Positions 24,242 through 33,027 of a stretch of DNA of 41,310 nt are shown piece by piece. The stretch comes from a virus. The stretch is taken from positions 1 to 41,310 of IMG/VR virus record IMGVR_UViG_3300045988_126245, one strand, 5' to 3'. The first letter of the stretch is position 1, and every line of letters begins with the position of its first letter. The notes beneath the pieces were generated by a model that was not told where the DNA came from, made no database searches, and worked only from the letters and a program-made list of their open reading frames with translations. A program made the position numbers and the translations under genes.

Positions 24242-24451
24242 CTACCCGTCCTTGGAGGAAATCGCCTGGGTCAGGGTCATCTCGTAGCGGTTCACCGGCT
24301 GGTTCTCAGAGCAGGCAGCGGCAGTGTTGCAACCTGCGTTTGCCATGTGAGCGCCCAGCAGACCAGCGCCGCCGTTCAGGATGCCCAGGGTGGTACCCGC
24401 AATGCCAAGGCCCAGACCGGCCCCAGCCATTCCTTTGCTTGCATACTCCAT
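24242..24451 (-). CDS. Gly-zipper small membrane protein, or the N-terminal part of a read-through protein.
   Basis: RBS aaaaaggag. Sequence is GMAGAGLGLGIAGTTLGILNGGAGLLGA. It ends at TAG 24242-24244. Confidence 0.65.
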   Translation of the reverse strand: MEYASKGMAGAGLGLGIAGTTLGILNGGAGLLGAHMANAGCNTAAACSENQPVNRYEMTLTQAISSKDG

Positions 24452-24519
24452 GATGTATTCTCCTTTTTGTAGTGAAATTTAGCCACGGACCCTATGCGCA
24501 CTCGGTGGGTGGCTATACG

Positions 24520-24540
24520 AATAGTATATCATATACTATT
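24520..24540. promoter_or_regulatory. Perfect 10+1+10 palindrome upstream of the Gly-zipper gene.
   Basis: AATAGTATAT-C-ATATACTATT. Shares the core TATAT-N-ATATA with the int-proximal palindrome. It overlaps a TGATATACT extended -10-like element on the minus strand. Confidence 0.4.
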
Positions 24541-24663
24541 TGCAGAATTTCGGAACGCGGTCCATAAAAAAGGTCTGAGATAGATATATTGGGGGGAAAG
24601 AACCGGCAAAATTTTACTCCCGGGGATATGCCAGCATAACAGGAAGCCCCCCCAAAAAAAACG

Positions 24664-24782
24664 TTGACATGCCGGATTGCCAAAGGGTAAAATGACCTGG
24701 GAGACCCCCCACGCTCCACACCCGGACAATCCGGGATTCTGCGCCGACCCGTCTTTTCGAAGGATGGCTCGGCTCTTTTTTT
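24664..24782 (+). ncRNA. Candidate small plus-strand transcript (promoter plus terminator, roughly 90 nt) inside the late region.
   Basis: TTGACA 24664-24669, 18-nt spacer, TAAAAT 24688-24693. Hairpin CCCGGA-CAA-TCCGGG. Terminator stem 24743-24773 followed by tcttttttt. Confidence 0.3.
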
Positions 24783-24791
24783 CTTGACGCT

Positions 24792-25175
24792 TTACTCCGG
24801 GATATACGACACGCCTCCGAATATAATTGAATCGGCGAGCAAATGAACTGGAACGGATGGCATGAATGAAATGGTGTTCCCGATTACATTGAACTCCACC
24901 TTGGTTTTTGTGATATTTGAGTAATTTAGATTTGTTGCCTTAACTTCGGAACCAGTAAGACCCTCGGAAAAATAAGAAGGGTAGGAGTAAAGATACACTG
25001 TCTCTCGATCATCGACCGAAGAAAAACAGAGGCTAAGGCCAGTCAACACTTTGCATGGATGGCTAAGTGTAATAGACATAGTATAATTAGATTCTTGATA
25101 GTTGCTCGAAGAAACTTGCTCAAAAACAGGCTCCTTACCCTCTCCTGCCCCATACACAACCGGATTAACAATCAT
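24792..25175 (-). CDS. Hypothetical AT-rich late protein (127 aa). Possible fibre-associated or receptor-binding accessory protein.
   Basis: ATG at 25175 after ggaggtgacagct. Beta-rich composition. Confidence 0.65.
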   Translation of the reverse strand: MIVNPVVYGAGEGKEPVFEQVSSSNYQESNYTMSITLSHPCKVLTGLSLCFSSVDDRETVYLYSYPSYFSEGLTGSEVKATNLNYSNITKTKVEFNVIGNTISFMPSVPVHLLADSIIFGGVSYIPE

Positions 25176-25221
25176 AGCTGTCACCTCCGGTTTGTGCAAT
25201 TTGGTTAAGGGTTAGGGAGTG

Positions 25222-25231
25222 CCCCCCCCCC
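25222..25231. repeat. Homopolymeric C(10) tract, which is G(10) on the coding strand, in the leader of the 127-aa gene.
   Basis: Read directly: agtg-cccccccccc-actgg. Confidence 0.9.
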
Positions 25232-25247
25232 ACTGGAAATAACTGGA

Positions 25248-25256
25248 ATTATACAT
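25248..25256 (-). promoter_or_regulatory. Candidate -10 element ATGTATAAT (minus strand).
   Basis: rc of attatacat. The same 9-mer occurs upstream of terS and of the repressor. Confidence 0.35.
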
Positions 25257-25281
25257 ATTGTTCAATTCCTCCTAATGCATC

Positions 25282-25680
25282 TCAAAATTTAATCGAGTAT
25301 CCGTTAAAAGCGACGCCGGTATCGCCGAACGTAACCCAACTTGTAGTGGTGCTTATCCTTAGTGATGTGGAAGATGTTTTCTCCACAATAAAGTCAGGAG
25401 ATCCATAACCTAACGAATTGTTATTTGTGTAGGAAACGGAAGAATCAAATGTCCATTCGTTGCGATAATCCCTAGGGTTACAAAGTTTGGCAAACAAAAC
25501 AGCGTCCGCTCCGTACTCTACGATACTTCCAAGACCAATAAATATGGTGGCGTCAGCTTTTAAGGAGAGATTGTGCGCCGCATCAATCTCTTCTTCTGTG
25601 CCGGTAATGTCGAGGTAGGAGTCTCCACTTCCAATTACATCGTCAAAAAAACGGATGGAGGCTTTCACCTGCATTGCCAC
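25282..25680 (-). CDS. Hypothetical AT-rich late protein (about 130 aa).
   Basis: ORF track. Start is GTG 25680 or ATG 25674, with a weak RBS. Confidence 0.55.
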   Translation of the reverse strand: MAMQVKASIRFFDDVIGSGDSYLDITGTEEEIDAAHNLSLKADATIFIGLGSIVEYGADAVLFAKLCNPRDYRNEWTFDSSVSYTNNNSLGYGSPDFIVEKTSSTSLRISTTTSWVTFGDTGVAFNGYSIKF

Positions 25681-25704
25681 TATTTGCAGGATTTACAATC
25701 ATTA

Positions 25705-27867
25705 TCACACCTCCTGAATCACAACATAAACTACAATATTCTCAGGGTGGACCGTCTGACAAGTAAACGTCAAGCTGTTTGTGCCCTGACCAGTACACAT
25801 GATTCCGGACTCATAGTACGCGGTTTGAGAGGCGATAGCTGGGGTAGGTGTGATGAGTTGGGCTGTTTCCGATGCAGAAACACCAGAAACCGTGACGGTT
25901 TGAGTATTGTCGCTCCATCCAGAGGAATTGAGCAAAACCGTCCTACGAATCGGCTTTTTTGCTAGGTTCGCCCCGCTGATGGTGTAGGTGTTTCCGCTCT
26001 GGCTTCCCGCCAGTCCACCAGTGACCTCCAGCGTCAGGGCATTTACCCCGTTGATGGTGGCGTTGGCTCCCGCTGGACCTTGCTGGCCCTCGGGGCCTTG
26101 CTCCCCGTCTGCACCGGAAGGGCCTGCGGGTCCGCGAATATTAGCGCCGTCCACAGAAGGCATCCCGCTCTTGCTGGGCGTCCAGCTCAGGTTCCCGGAA
26201 CTGTCCACGGCAGGGGAGTAATATCCTCCGTCTGCTCCCGCCGGTCCAGTATCCCCCTTCGGCCCCTGGTCTCCGGCATCTCCCTTGGGGCCAGTTTCCC
26301 CGGCAGGGCCTTGCTCCCCGGTATCTCCCTTAGATCCTTTCAGGTTGTGGAAAGCAAAGGAGATGTTCAGTGCCGTGTCTGGTCCGGATGTCTCCACATC
26401 AACATAGGGCGTCCCTGTTGCATCATCCGCCGTGGCGGAAACATTGCCAAATCCGGCAGCCGCCCCGGGATCGCCTTTTGCTCCCTGGGGCCCCGTGTCC
26501 CCTTGTGGGCCCTGGTCCCCGGTGTCACCTTTTGGTCCAGGTTCCCCTTGCGGGCCTTCCGGACCAGTGTCGCCCGTATCGCCTTTGGGCCCTTGCGGGC
26601 CGGGGTCGCCCTTTGCGCCTTGCAGCTGCCCCTGGCTCTTCCAGCCCGGGGTGTCTGTGGTGTCCCACATGTAGATGGTGTAGGGAGCCGCCGCACCAAC
26701 ATTGTACATGTCTCCCTGCGCCGGGCTCTGCACACCGGCCTGCAGGGCTTCCAGACTCTCATAGGTTCCCTTAATATCCAGCCCGGTTCCCGTATCTCCC
26801 TTGGGTCCTTGGGGCCCCATAGGACCCTCCGGTCCGGTGTCCCCGGTATCACCCTTCGGACCTTGGGGACCTTCCGATCCGGTCGGACCGGTGTCGCCGG
26901 GGTCGCCTTTTTCCCCCTTGTCCCCTTTAGGGCCCTGGGGGCCGGGGTCCCCCTGATCGCCCTTCGGGCCCTGTGCGCCGGGGTCTCCCTTCTCGCCAGG
27001 GGGGCCTTGCAAGCCTTGAGGCCCAGTGTCCCCAGGGTCGCCCTTAATGCCTTGCGGCCCCTGCGGTCCTGGATCGCCCTGGGGCCCGACAGGACCTTGA
27101 GGCCCGGTCTGTCCCTGCACACCCTGGGGGCCAGGGACCTGGCCGAAGGTAAGAAGTACGTTCCCAGTGCTGGTGGTGGATTTCGTCACCGTGGGGGTGG
27201 ACCCTGCGGGCAGTTCCGTACTGGCCACCTCCAGGTCCACAATGGCGTCCCGCGCCGCCGCTGCATCCTCTGCCGACTGGGCCGCCGCTTGCGCCTGGAG
27301 GGTTGCCTGGGCCACAATGCCGGTGGTGGCGTTCTCTCGGGCCTGCTCGGCTTCCTCCCGCTCTTGCTCAGCCTGGACGCGTTCTTGTTCGGCGGTCACG
27401 CGCCCCTGCTCCGCCAGCACCCGGGCCTGCTCTGCGGAGACACGGCCTTCCTCCGCAGAGACTCTTTCGTCCTCCGCGTCCGCCCGGTCGGTCTCTGCCT
27501 GGCCTCGCAGCGTCTCCGCACTGGCCCGCCCCTGTTCGGCAGTAACCCGGCCTTCCTCGGCAGAAACTCTCCCTTCCTCTGCGGTCACACGGCCCTGCTC
27601 GGCCTGAACGCGCTCCGCTTCGGCAGCCTCCCGCTCTTCTTCTTCCGCAATGGTGCCGGAGAGTTTGGGGCGTAATTCATTGTTGATATAGTCCTTGATG
27701 ATATTCCCGGCCTTGTCAAACTCCGCCTTGAGTTCCGACGCCGTCAGACCGCCAACGTCGTTGGGTTCGTCATCCAGTTTCTGGATGACATCGAGGTCTT
27801 CGTCCAACTCCGGGATCACCAAACTGGAAATGATATTTAGATCCTCATTCAAAGGGTTCAGGCTCAT
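25705..27867 (-). CDS. Tail fibre with a BppU-like N-terminus, 7-aa tandem repeats and collagen-like G-X-Y blocks.
   Basis: ATG at 27867 after gaggagggcgagaga. There are 14 units resembling AEQGRVT, and long [10 protein letters not shown]-type triplet runs. Confidence 0.88.
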   Translation of the reverse strand: MSLNPLNEDLNIISSLVIPELDEDLDVIQKLDDEPNDVGGLTASELKAEFDKAGNIIKDYINNELRPKLSGTIAEEEEREAAEAERVQAEQGRVTAEEGRVSAEEGRVTAEQGRASAETLRGQAETDRADAEDERVSAEEGRVSAEQARVLAEQGRVTAEQERVQAEQEREEAEQARENATTGIVAQATLQAQAAAQSAEDAAAARDAIVDLEVASTELPAGSTPTVTKSTTSTGNVLLTFGQVPGPQGVQGQTGPQGPVGPQGDPGPQGPQGIKGDPGDTGPQGLQGPPGEKGDPGAQGPKGDQGDPGPQGPKGDKGEKGDPGDTGPTGSEGPQGPKGDTGDTGPEGPMGPQGPKGDTGTGLDIKGTYESLEALQAGVQSPAQGDMYNVGAAAPYTIYMWDTTDTPGWKSQGQLQGAKGDPGPQGPKGDTGDTGPEGPQGEPGPKGDTGDQGPQGDTGPQGAKGDPGAAAGFGNVSATADDATGTPYVDVETSGPDTALNISFAFHNLKGSKGDTGEQGPAGETGPKGDAGDQGPKGDTGPAGADGGYYSPAVDSSGNLSWTPSKSGMPSVDGANIRGPAGPSGADGEQGPEGQQGPAGANATINGVNALTLEVTGGLAGSQSGNTYTISGANLAKKPIRRTVLLNSSGWSDNTQTVTVSGVSASETAQLITPTPAIASQTAYYESGIMCTGQGTNSLTFTCQTVHPENIVVYVVIQEV

Positions 27868-27880
27868 TCTCTCGCCCTCC

Positions 27881-30103
27881 TCACTTGGCGTATCCGGTGT
27901 ACCGGATCCGCATATCTGCGGCAACCACCGTCGCCGTGGTGTTCGTCCCGGAGTATTCCAGGATCAACTTGTAATAGGTGAATTTTTTTGCCTTGATTTT
28001 CAATCTCGTGGTGTGCGGCTTTCGGTTGGTGTTAAAGGACCACCGGCGAAAATCTGCGCTCCCAAAAGTCATCAAGGACGAAGCCGCCACCTTCTTGGCG
28101 TGGTCGCTCTTTCGATCTGTCTCCACCGTCACCGTCACCTGGGACCGAAGTTCCGGCCGCAGCACCACCCAAAGCATGGCAGAATACTTTCGCATAAACT
28201 CCCGGTCAAACGGTTCCGATCCGGAGGCCCAGTATCCGGTGATTTCTGTCCCGTTGTCTGTTCGGTATTCTCTGGAAATGTGGTTGAACCTTCCAAGGGA
28301 ATCTCCAGCATACAACTCCCCGTCAATGTTCACCATGCAAGTTACGTCAAAGTTTGTATAGTAGTACCAGACATCTGCCGCATAGTTGTACACCAACGCT
28401 TTCTTGTCATAGCAGATGTAATACTCCTGATGGTCGTTATCGTCGTAGCAATAACACTTCGACAGATCAAAGGTGGAAAGCGTCGAATACACCCGGTCAG
28501 AGATTCTTTTCGCTTGCCGTTCGTCAATGGTCAAGTTACTGGAGTAGGCTGCCGTATTTCTCCACTCGTACACGTCGTTGCCATGAAGGGAGAATGGCGC
28601 GTTCAGCACAAGGCGGACCTGTCCAAGGGCAGAGTTGCCGATCCGCTTATTGACTGGTGTGCAGTAAAAAGCCGCCGTGGTGGTGTTGTCCGGCAGGGTA
28701 ATGGTTCCGTACTGGATGGAATAGGTTTCGTCTTCCTTAAAGGCGATCAACCGGGAGTAGTGGCGAATAAGCCCCGTTACCGGTGTGCTGCTTGTCCCAA
28801 CGGAGATAACATTCAGGTCGGGGACATAGTCTGCCCTTGGAACGCCGTTTTCGTCGAAATCGGAGTAGTATACCTTGTTGGTCCCATTCCCGTAATAGAA
28901 AACCCTGGCATCTGTCGTTCCGTTATAGAACTCGATCTGAGACATCCCGCGAAAAGGAGAGCCCGATCCGAAACCCGTTGCCTGTGTTCCAAACGCAGAA
29001 TAAATAACCTCGTATACATTTTCGCCTTCGACGATGTCTCCGTTTAGAATAATCGTCGTAACACCCGTGCTGTCATTCCTTGTGACGTTGAAATTTCCAA
29101 TATATTCCCCCGTTACAAGGTTTTTTACACCATACCCCGCAAGGGTAGTGGGCAGGTTCTCGCCTGGTAGGTCAAAACGATTCCCGCCGCCCGGAGAGAG
29201 CCAAACGCGCACGACGCGATTCAGTAAGTTGGGTCGTTGCAATGTAGTCCCTGTGCCTGGGCTTGCCTCTCCGGAAGAATAGGATGGAATGGAAACAGCA
29301 ATCACTGGCGCATAGGTGTTTTCAGGATGCTCTAAAATCCCGCCAAACACATAGGACAATCCGGACAATTCCATATCGCTTTCAATCCATTGCCACAAAT
29401 TCATCCCGTTAATTACCCAAAACTTGTTTTCAAATCCGAACAGAGATACGTTTGGAAACTCTTCTTTTTGCGAATCGGAACGATTCAGGCGGTCCATTGC
29501 GCGGAATAAAAAACCAACATCTTCTTGCCACACAAGAATTAGGGTGTCATCAATCCATCCGTATACTTTTTTTATCCCGTCTGTGTTCCCGATCCATAAA
29601 TCCTTTACTTTTGTGTCCGAAAAGGAAATGGATTCTGTCTCCAGCTTCGTCATATTCCAGTAGATGGGATAGATTCCGTCCGAAGAAAAGGTCGCATCGT
29701 ATAGCTTATACCAGGTTCCGTCTTCCGCCTGATAGAACCAGTTGTCATAATCTCCATTTGCTGCGTCATTGCTGTCTATCGTTACTGGAGTCCCCAAGCC
29801 AACAATGGTGGTTCCGTTTAGATTGACATACGGATACACAACCGCCTCGGCAGTTCCGTCGTTGTCCGTAATGATCGGCTCCGTCAAATTATCTAACGTG
29901 ATGATGTGATCCGGGGTCATGCTCCCGACCATCTCCATGCCGGGTCTCTTTTGCAGGCTCCTGTCTCTGGTGACCTTGAAATTCCGCATGACAGAAGCCT
30001 CGCCCAGTTTCAGCTTCGTGTCCCCGTCGGCGTTTTCATTCAGGCCAAAGAACTCCTGAATCCGAAACACCTTCTCGTCGCTGCTTGCCTTGATTTCTGC
30101 CAT
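27881..30103 (-). CDS. Large tail / nozzle-type structural protein (740 aa).
   Basis: ORF track. Lies between the adaptor-like gene and the fibre. Beta-rich. The N-terminus [24 protein letters not shown] resembles podovirus tail tubular proteins, by eye only. Confidence 0.75.
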   Translation of the reverse strand: MAEIKASSDEKVFRIQEFFGLNENADGDTKLKLGEASVMRNFKVTRDRSLQKRPGMEMVGSMTPDHIITLDNLTEPIITDNDGTAEAVVYPYVNLNGTTIVGLGTPVTIDSNDAANGDYDNWFYQAEDGTWYKLYDATFSSDGIYPIYWNMTKLETESISFSDTKVKDLWIGNTDGIKKVYGWIDDTLILVWQEDVGFLFRAMDRLNRSDSQKEEFPNVSLFGFENKFWVINGMNLWQWIESDMELSGLSYVFGGILEHPENTYAPVIAVSIPSYSSGEASPGTGTTLQRPNLLNRVVRVWLSPGGGNRFDLPGENLPTTLAGYGVKNLVTGEYIGNFNVTRNDSTGVTTIILNGDIVEGENVYEVIYSAFGTQATGFGSGSPFRGMSQIEFYNGTTDARVFYYGNGTNKVYYSDFDENGVPRADYVPDLNVISVGTSSTPVTGLIRHYSRLIAFKEDETYSIQYGTITLPDNTTTAAFYCTPVNKRIGNSALGQVRLVLNAPFSLHGNDVYEWRNTAAYSSNLTIDERQAKRISDRVYSTLSTFDLSKCYCYDDNDHQEYYICYDKKALVYNYAADVWYYYTNFDVTCMVNIDGELYAGDSLGRFNHISREYRTDNGTEITGYWASGSEPFDREFMRKYSAMLWVVLRPELRSQVTVTVETDRKSDHAKKVAASSLMTFGSADFRRWSFNTNRKPHTTRLKIKAKKFTYYKLILEYSGTNTTATVVAADMRIRYTGYAK

Positions 30104-30109
30104 GCTGCA

Positions 30110-30559
30110 TCACCACCTGGAAAATTCGTTGTACTCGAAGCCGACGCCGTAACAGTCGGTGATTGCCTCCGCCGTTTTCGGCAGGCCCTTGGAAAGGTTG
30201 TTTCGAAGCTCTTCATATCGCTGCTGGAAGAAGCTGGCCGAGGCCGGGTTTTCGTCCAGCAGCAGGTGTGCCGCCAGGCCGTAGGGCATCACGCTCTGGC
30301 AAATGTAATCGTCCAGGTCGATGGGGGTGTCGAAGTCCTGAATCACCGAGACAATGGGGCGCTCTCCTGCCGTCTCCACATCGTAGGTGTCGCTGTAGGG
30401 GTACAGTTCACCCCGCAGCGCGTTCAGGATCAGAAGCGTCCGCACCTTGTATTCTCTGGTGTCGGCAGTGTCCGTCTCCCCGGAGTTCTCGTTGACCTCG
30501 TCGATCAGGCCCATGGTAATGTCAAACACGCGCTGGGCGGTTGTGGTAGGTGCGGGCAT
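30110..30559 (-). CDS. Putative head-tail adaptor / head completion protein (149 aa).
   Basis: ORF track. RBS aaaggaggga. Called from its position immediately after the capsid gene. Confidence 0.6.
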   Translation of the reverse strand: MPAPTTTAQRVFDITMGLIDEVNENSGETDTADTREYKVRTLLILNALRGELYPYSDTYDVETAGERPIVSVIQDFDTPIDLDDYICQSVMPYGLAAHLLLDENPASASFFQQRYEELRNNLSKGLPKTAEAITDCYGVGFEYNEFSRW

Positions 30560-30577
30560 AGTCGGTTCCCTCCTTTA

Positions 30578-30613
30578 TGGAAACGGGGCGGGAGGTGGTC
30601 CCTCCCACCCCGT
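30578..30613 (-). terminator. Strong hairpin (attenuator) after the major capsid gene.
   Basis: Minus strand reads ACGGGGTGGGAGG-GACCA-CCTCCCGCCCCGT, a 13-bp stem, followed only by TT. Confidence 0.45.
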
Positions 30614-30625
30614 TATGGGTGTCGG

Positions 30626-31702
30626 TCAGCCTGCGCTGACGGTCTCAGCAACGCCAGAATTCAACTTGCTGGTGGTCTCCGCGTATGCCTTCACCACGGT
30701 CCCGGCAGGGGCGTTGGGCTTGCTGCCGGAATCGTAGGTCTGAACGGTGTCCGAATTCTTGGGGTTGGTGCCGTCCAGGGTGTAATAGATCTTGGTCGCC
30801 CCGGAGGAAGTCAGGGTAACCTGGCCGCCGGATGCGATCTCAATGGTGGGCGTGGCCGTCACGCTAGCGGTGGCCCCGTACACATACAGGCCGTTGATCT
30901 TCTGGCCCAGCACAAAGCTGTCGTGGATGTACCGGCCCTCGCCGATGTCGGCGTCGAAGCCCAGGGGATGGGTCTGCACCCGCAGCACCTTCCGCTTCAT
31001 GGGATCCACCGTAGAGCCCTTGTACTTGATGAGGAAGGAAACGCCGGCAGGCAGCAGATCGTCAGGCACCGCCACAATGGGGGAGCCGTTGATCACGCCA
31101 ATCTGGCCGTTCAGAATGGCCCCGGTGGTGTACTTCTCGTTGTTCTGGAGGTTGGTGGCCAGCTTGGTCTGGATTGCCAGGGTCTCGGAGATGAAGGTCA
31201 CCCGGGCCTTTCCCTTGGGCACCCGCTTGTTGCTCATGGCCGCGTGGCCGGTGAGCAGGGCCTCAATCACCGTGTCCTTGGTCAGGGCGGCCCCGGCGGT
31301 CACAATGCCCGCGCCGCTGGACCAGGTGGAGAACCGATATCTATCCACTTCGGGGACCACCTGCTCGTCCCAAACCTGCTTCAAAACGGCGTTGCAATGC
31401 TTGATGTTGAACTGCTCGCCGGCGTTCCCCGCGTCGATGGCGAAGGTGTATGCCTTGTCCTGGGTCATCACCAGGGTCTGCACGGTATCGCCCAGTTCAT
31501 TGATGGTGCCGAACCGGCTGGCGGAGGCGTTCCGGTTATAGTCGGTGATGGGCACCTGGTCAATGGTCCAGATCTTGATGGCGTTCACGCCCTCAAAGGA
31601 ATAGCTTTTGCCTGCATAGGCATCGGTCAGAGAGGACTGCTTAAAGCGCTCGTCCAGCTTCTTCTCATATTTGGTGGCAAGATTGATGGTAGCCATAGTC
31701 AT
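30626..31702 (-). CDS. Major capsid protein with a C-terminal Ig-like decoration domain.
   Basis: 358 aa, follows the scaffold gene. The C-terminus GGQVTLTSSGATKIYYTLDGTNP resembles Fn3/chitobiase-C type Ig-like domains. Confidence 0.82.
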   Translation of the reverse strand: MTMATINLATKYEKKLDERFKQSSLTDAYAGKSYSFEGVNAIKIWTIDQVPITDYNRNASASRFGTINELGDTVQTLVMTQDKAYTFAIDAGNAGEQFNIKHCNAVLKQVWDEQVVPEVDRYRFSTWSSGAGIVTAGAALTKDTVIEALLTGHAAMSNKRVPKGKARVTFISETLAIQTKLATNLQNNEKYTTGAILNGQIGVINGSPIVAVPDDLLPAGVSFLIKYKGSTVDPMKRKVLRVQTHPLGFDADIGEGRYIHDSFVLGQKINGLYVYGATASVTATPTIEIASGGQVTLTSSGATKIYYTLDGTNPKNSDTVQTYDSGSKPNAPAGTVVKAYAETTSKLNSGVAETVSAG

Positions 31703-31740
31703 TTTCTCCTTCCTGCCCCCAAATTCAGGTCAGGGGGCAA

Positions 31741-32697
31741 TCAGGTCCCGTCGTACCAGGCGCGGTCAAACTCGTCCATTTCACTGGCGCTGCCCGCGCT
31801 TCTCTGGCTTCCTGCGGACCGTCGTTTGTTCTCGCTGTTTTTCTTTGCCGTCTCCAGCTGGCTTTCCAGCTTGGAGACTTTCTCCCTGAGTTCCCGGTTC
31901 TCGAATCGGGCATAGGCGTTCACCAGGTCCTCGCCATCCTTGAAGGCGTCCCACACGTCCTTGGGGATGTCGTTTGGTTTCACCTTCGGATAGGTTCGAG
32001 CAAACCGCAGAAATTGCTCCTGCCGTTTCGCTTCCTCCTGGCTTTTTTCCTGGGCTGCTTTCTGCTGCTGGTCCTTCTGGGCCTCAAAGGCCTTTCTCTC
32101 TCGGTCCAGCTTGATTCTCTGGAGGGCAACGTCCTTGTTCAGGTGCTCTTTCTTGGCCAGCACCTCGGCCCGTGCCCCGTCGATCAGGTCCTCAACGGAG
32201 ATTCCTTGGGGCGCAGCGAGTTCCTTGAGAAAGGTCTCCATGGCAGAAAGACGCTCCACTTCCTTCTCCATGGGAGAAAGCCGTTTCACCTCTTTCCGCG
32301 CTGCGTCCCGGTCCTCCCGGATTCGCTGGTAGTCCAGACCCATCTGGGCATAGGCGATCAGATGCTCCGGGGTTACCCGCACCGTCTGGCCCAGGTGTTT
32401 CAGCTCGATCAGTTCCGGCTGGTCTGCCTCTTCCGATCTGTCAGTCTGCTCCTGCGCTTCGGTTGTGGGCTCGTTGGCCGCTTCGGTCTCTGCTTCCCCT
32501 TCCTGCTGGTTTGCGTCCGGTTCCACAGTCTCATCCTGCGTCTCACCCTCCTGCGTCTCCTCGCCGGTCTCGGTGTCTCCGTCCAAAATCTCCAGGTCCG
32601 AAAAGTCAATATCGGACCAGTCATCAGGGTCATGGGCGGGCGCTTCGGTCACGCTTTCGGTGCTTTCAGGAATGGTGTTTACAGTCAGTTCGTCCAT
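31741..32697 (-). CDS. Scaffolding protein.
   Basis: Acidic E/D/T-rich N-terminus, long K/E/Q coiled coil, and position just upstream of the capsid gene. Confidence 0.75.
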   Translation of the reverse strand: MDELTVNTIPESTESVTEAPAHDPDDWSDIDFSDLEILDGDTETGEETQEGETQDETVEPDANQQEGEAETEAANEPTTEAQEQTDRSEEADQPELIELKHLGQTVRVTPEHLIAYAQMGLDYQRIREDRDAARKEVKRLSPMEKEVERLSAMETFLKELAAPQGISVEDLIDGARAEVLAKKEHLNKDVALQRIKLDRERKAFEAQKDQQQKAAQEKSQEEAKRQEQFLRFARTYPKVKPNDIPKDVWDAFKDGEDLVNAYARFENRELREKVSKLESQLETAKKNSENKRRSAGSQRSAGSASEMDEFDRAWYDGT

Positions 32698-32754
32698 GTG
32701 TAGTTCCTCCTATTGGGCATGGGTGGCCCAATTTATGTTTCCGCTGGTTTGCGG

Positions 32755-33027
32755 TCAGTTGGTTGTATGCTTCACCCGGTCCTCCACTTCCGCCCGCTTG
32801 GCGTTGTTGAACCGGTCCAGAGTTCCCACCAGGTAACCGGTAATCCGCCGGATCCTCTGGAAGGGCACCTTTTCAAAAACGGGAGTGATCCCGTATTCGT
32901 CGGGATTGCCGGTGCGGCGGATGGAGATTTCCACCACGCGCCGCCGTTCCTCTTGCTCCATCATGGCAATGGCCGCTTGCACAATCTCCTCGGGGATGTT
33001 GTCCGGGTTGTGGATGGTCACGTCCAT
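32755..33027 (-). CDS. Stand-alone 90-aa protein with an NrdD-type C-terminal glycyl-radical motif.
   Basis: ATG at 33027 shares its A with the endolysin TGA. RBS is ggaagggg. The C-terminus is RIRRITGYLVGTLDRFNNAKRAEVEDRVKH. Confidence 0.6.
   Translation of the reverse strand: MDVTIHNPDNIPEEIVQAAIAMMEQEERRRVVEISIRRTGNPDEYGITPVFEKVPFQRIRRITGYLVGTLDRFNNAKRAEVEDRVKHTTN

Noticed and set aside
23933-24451. Genome-wide TAG reassignment (alternative genetic code) as an explanation for the in-frame TAG.
   Set aside because: All the large late genes (2267, 740, 721, 592 and 486 aa) are open in the standard code, and TAG is used as an apparently genuine stop for terS and the 47-aa ORF. Only this one locus is affected.
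25705-27867. A diversity-generating retroelement acting on the fibre gene.
   Set aside because: No reverse transcriptase gene occurs anywhere in the genome. I saw no template/variable repeat pair with adenine-specific differences. The repeats present are in-frame collagen and heptad repeats.
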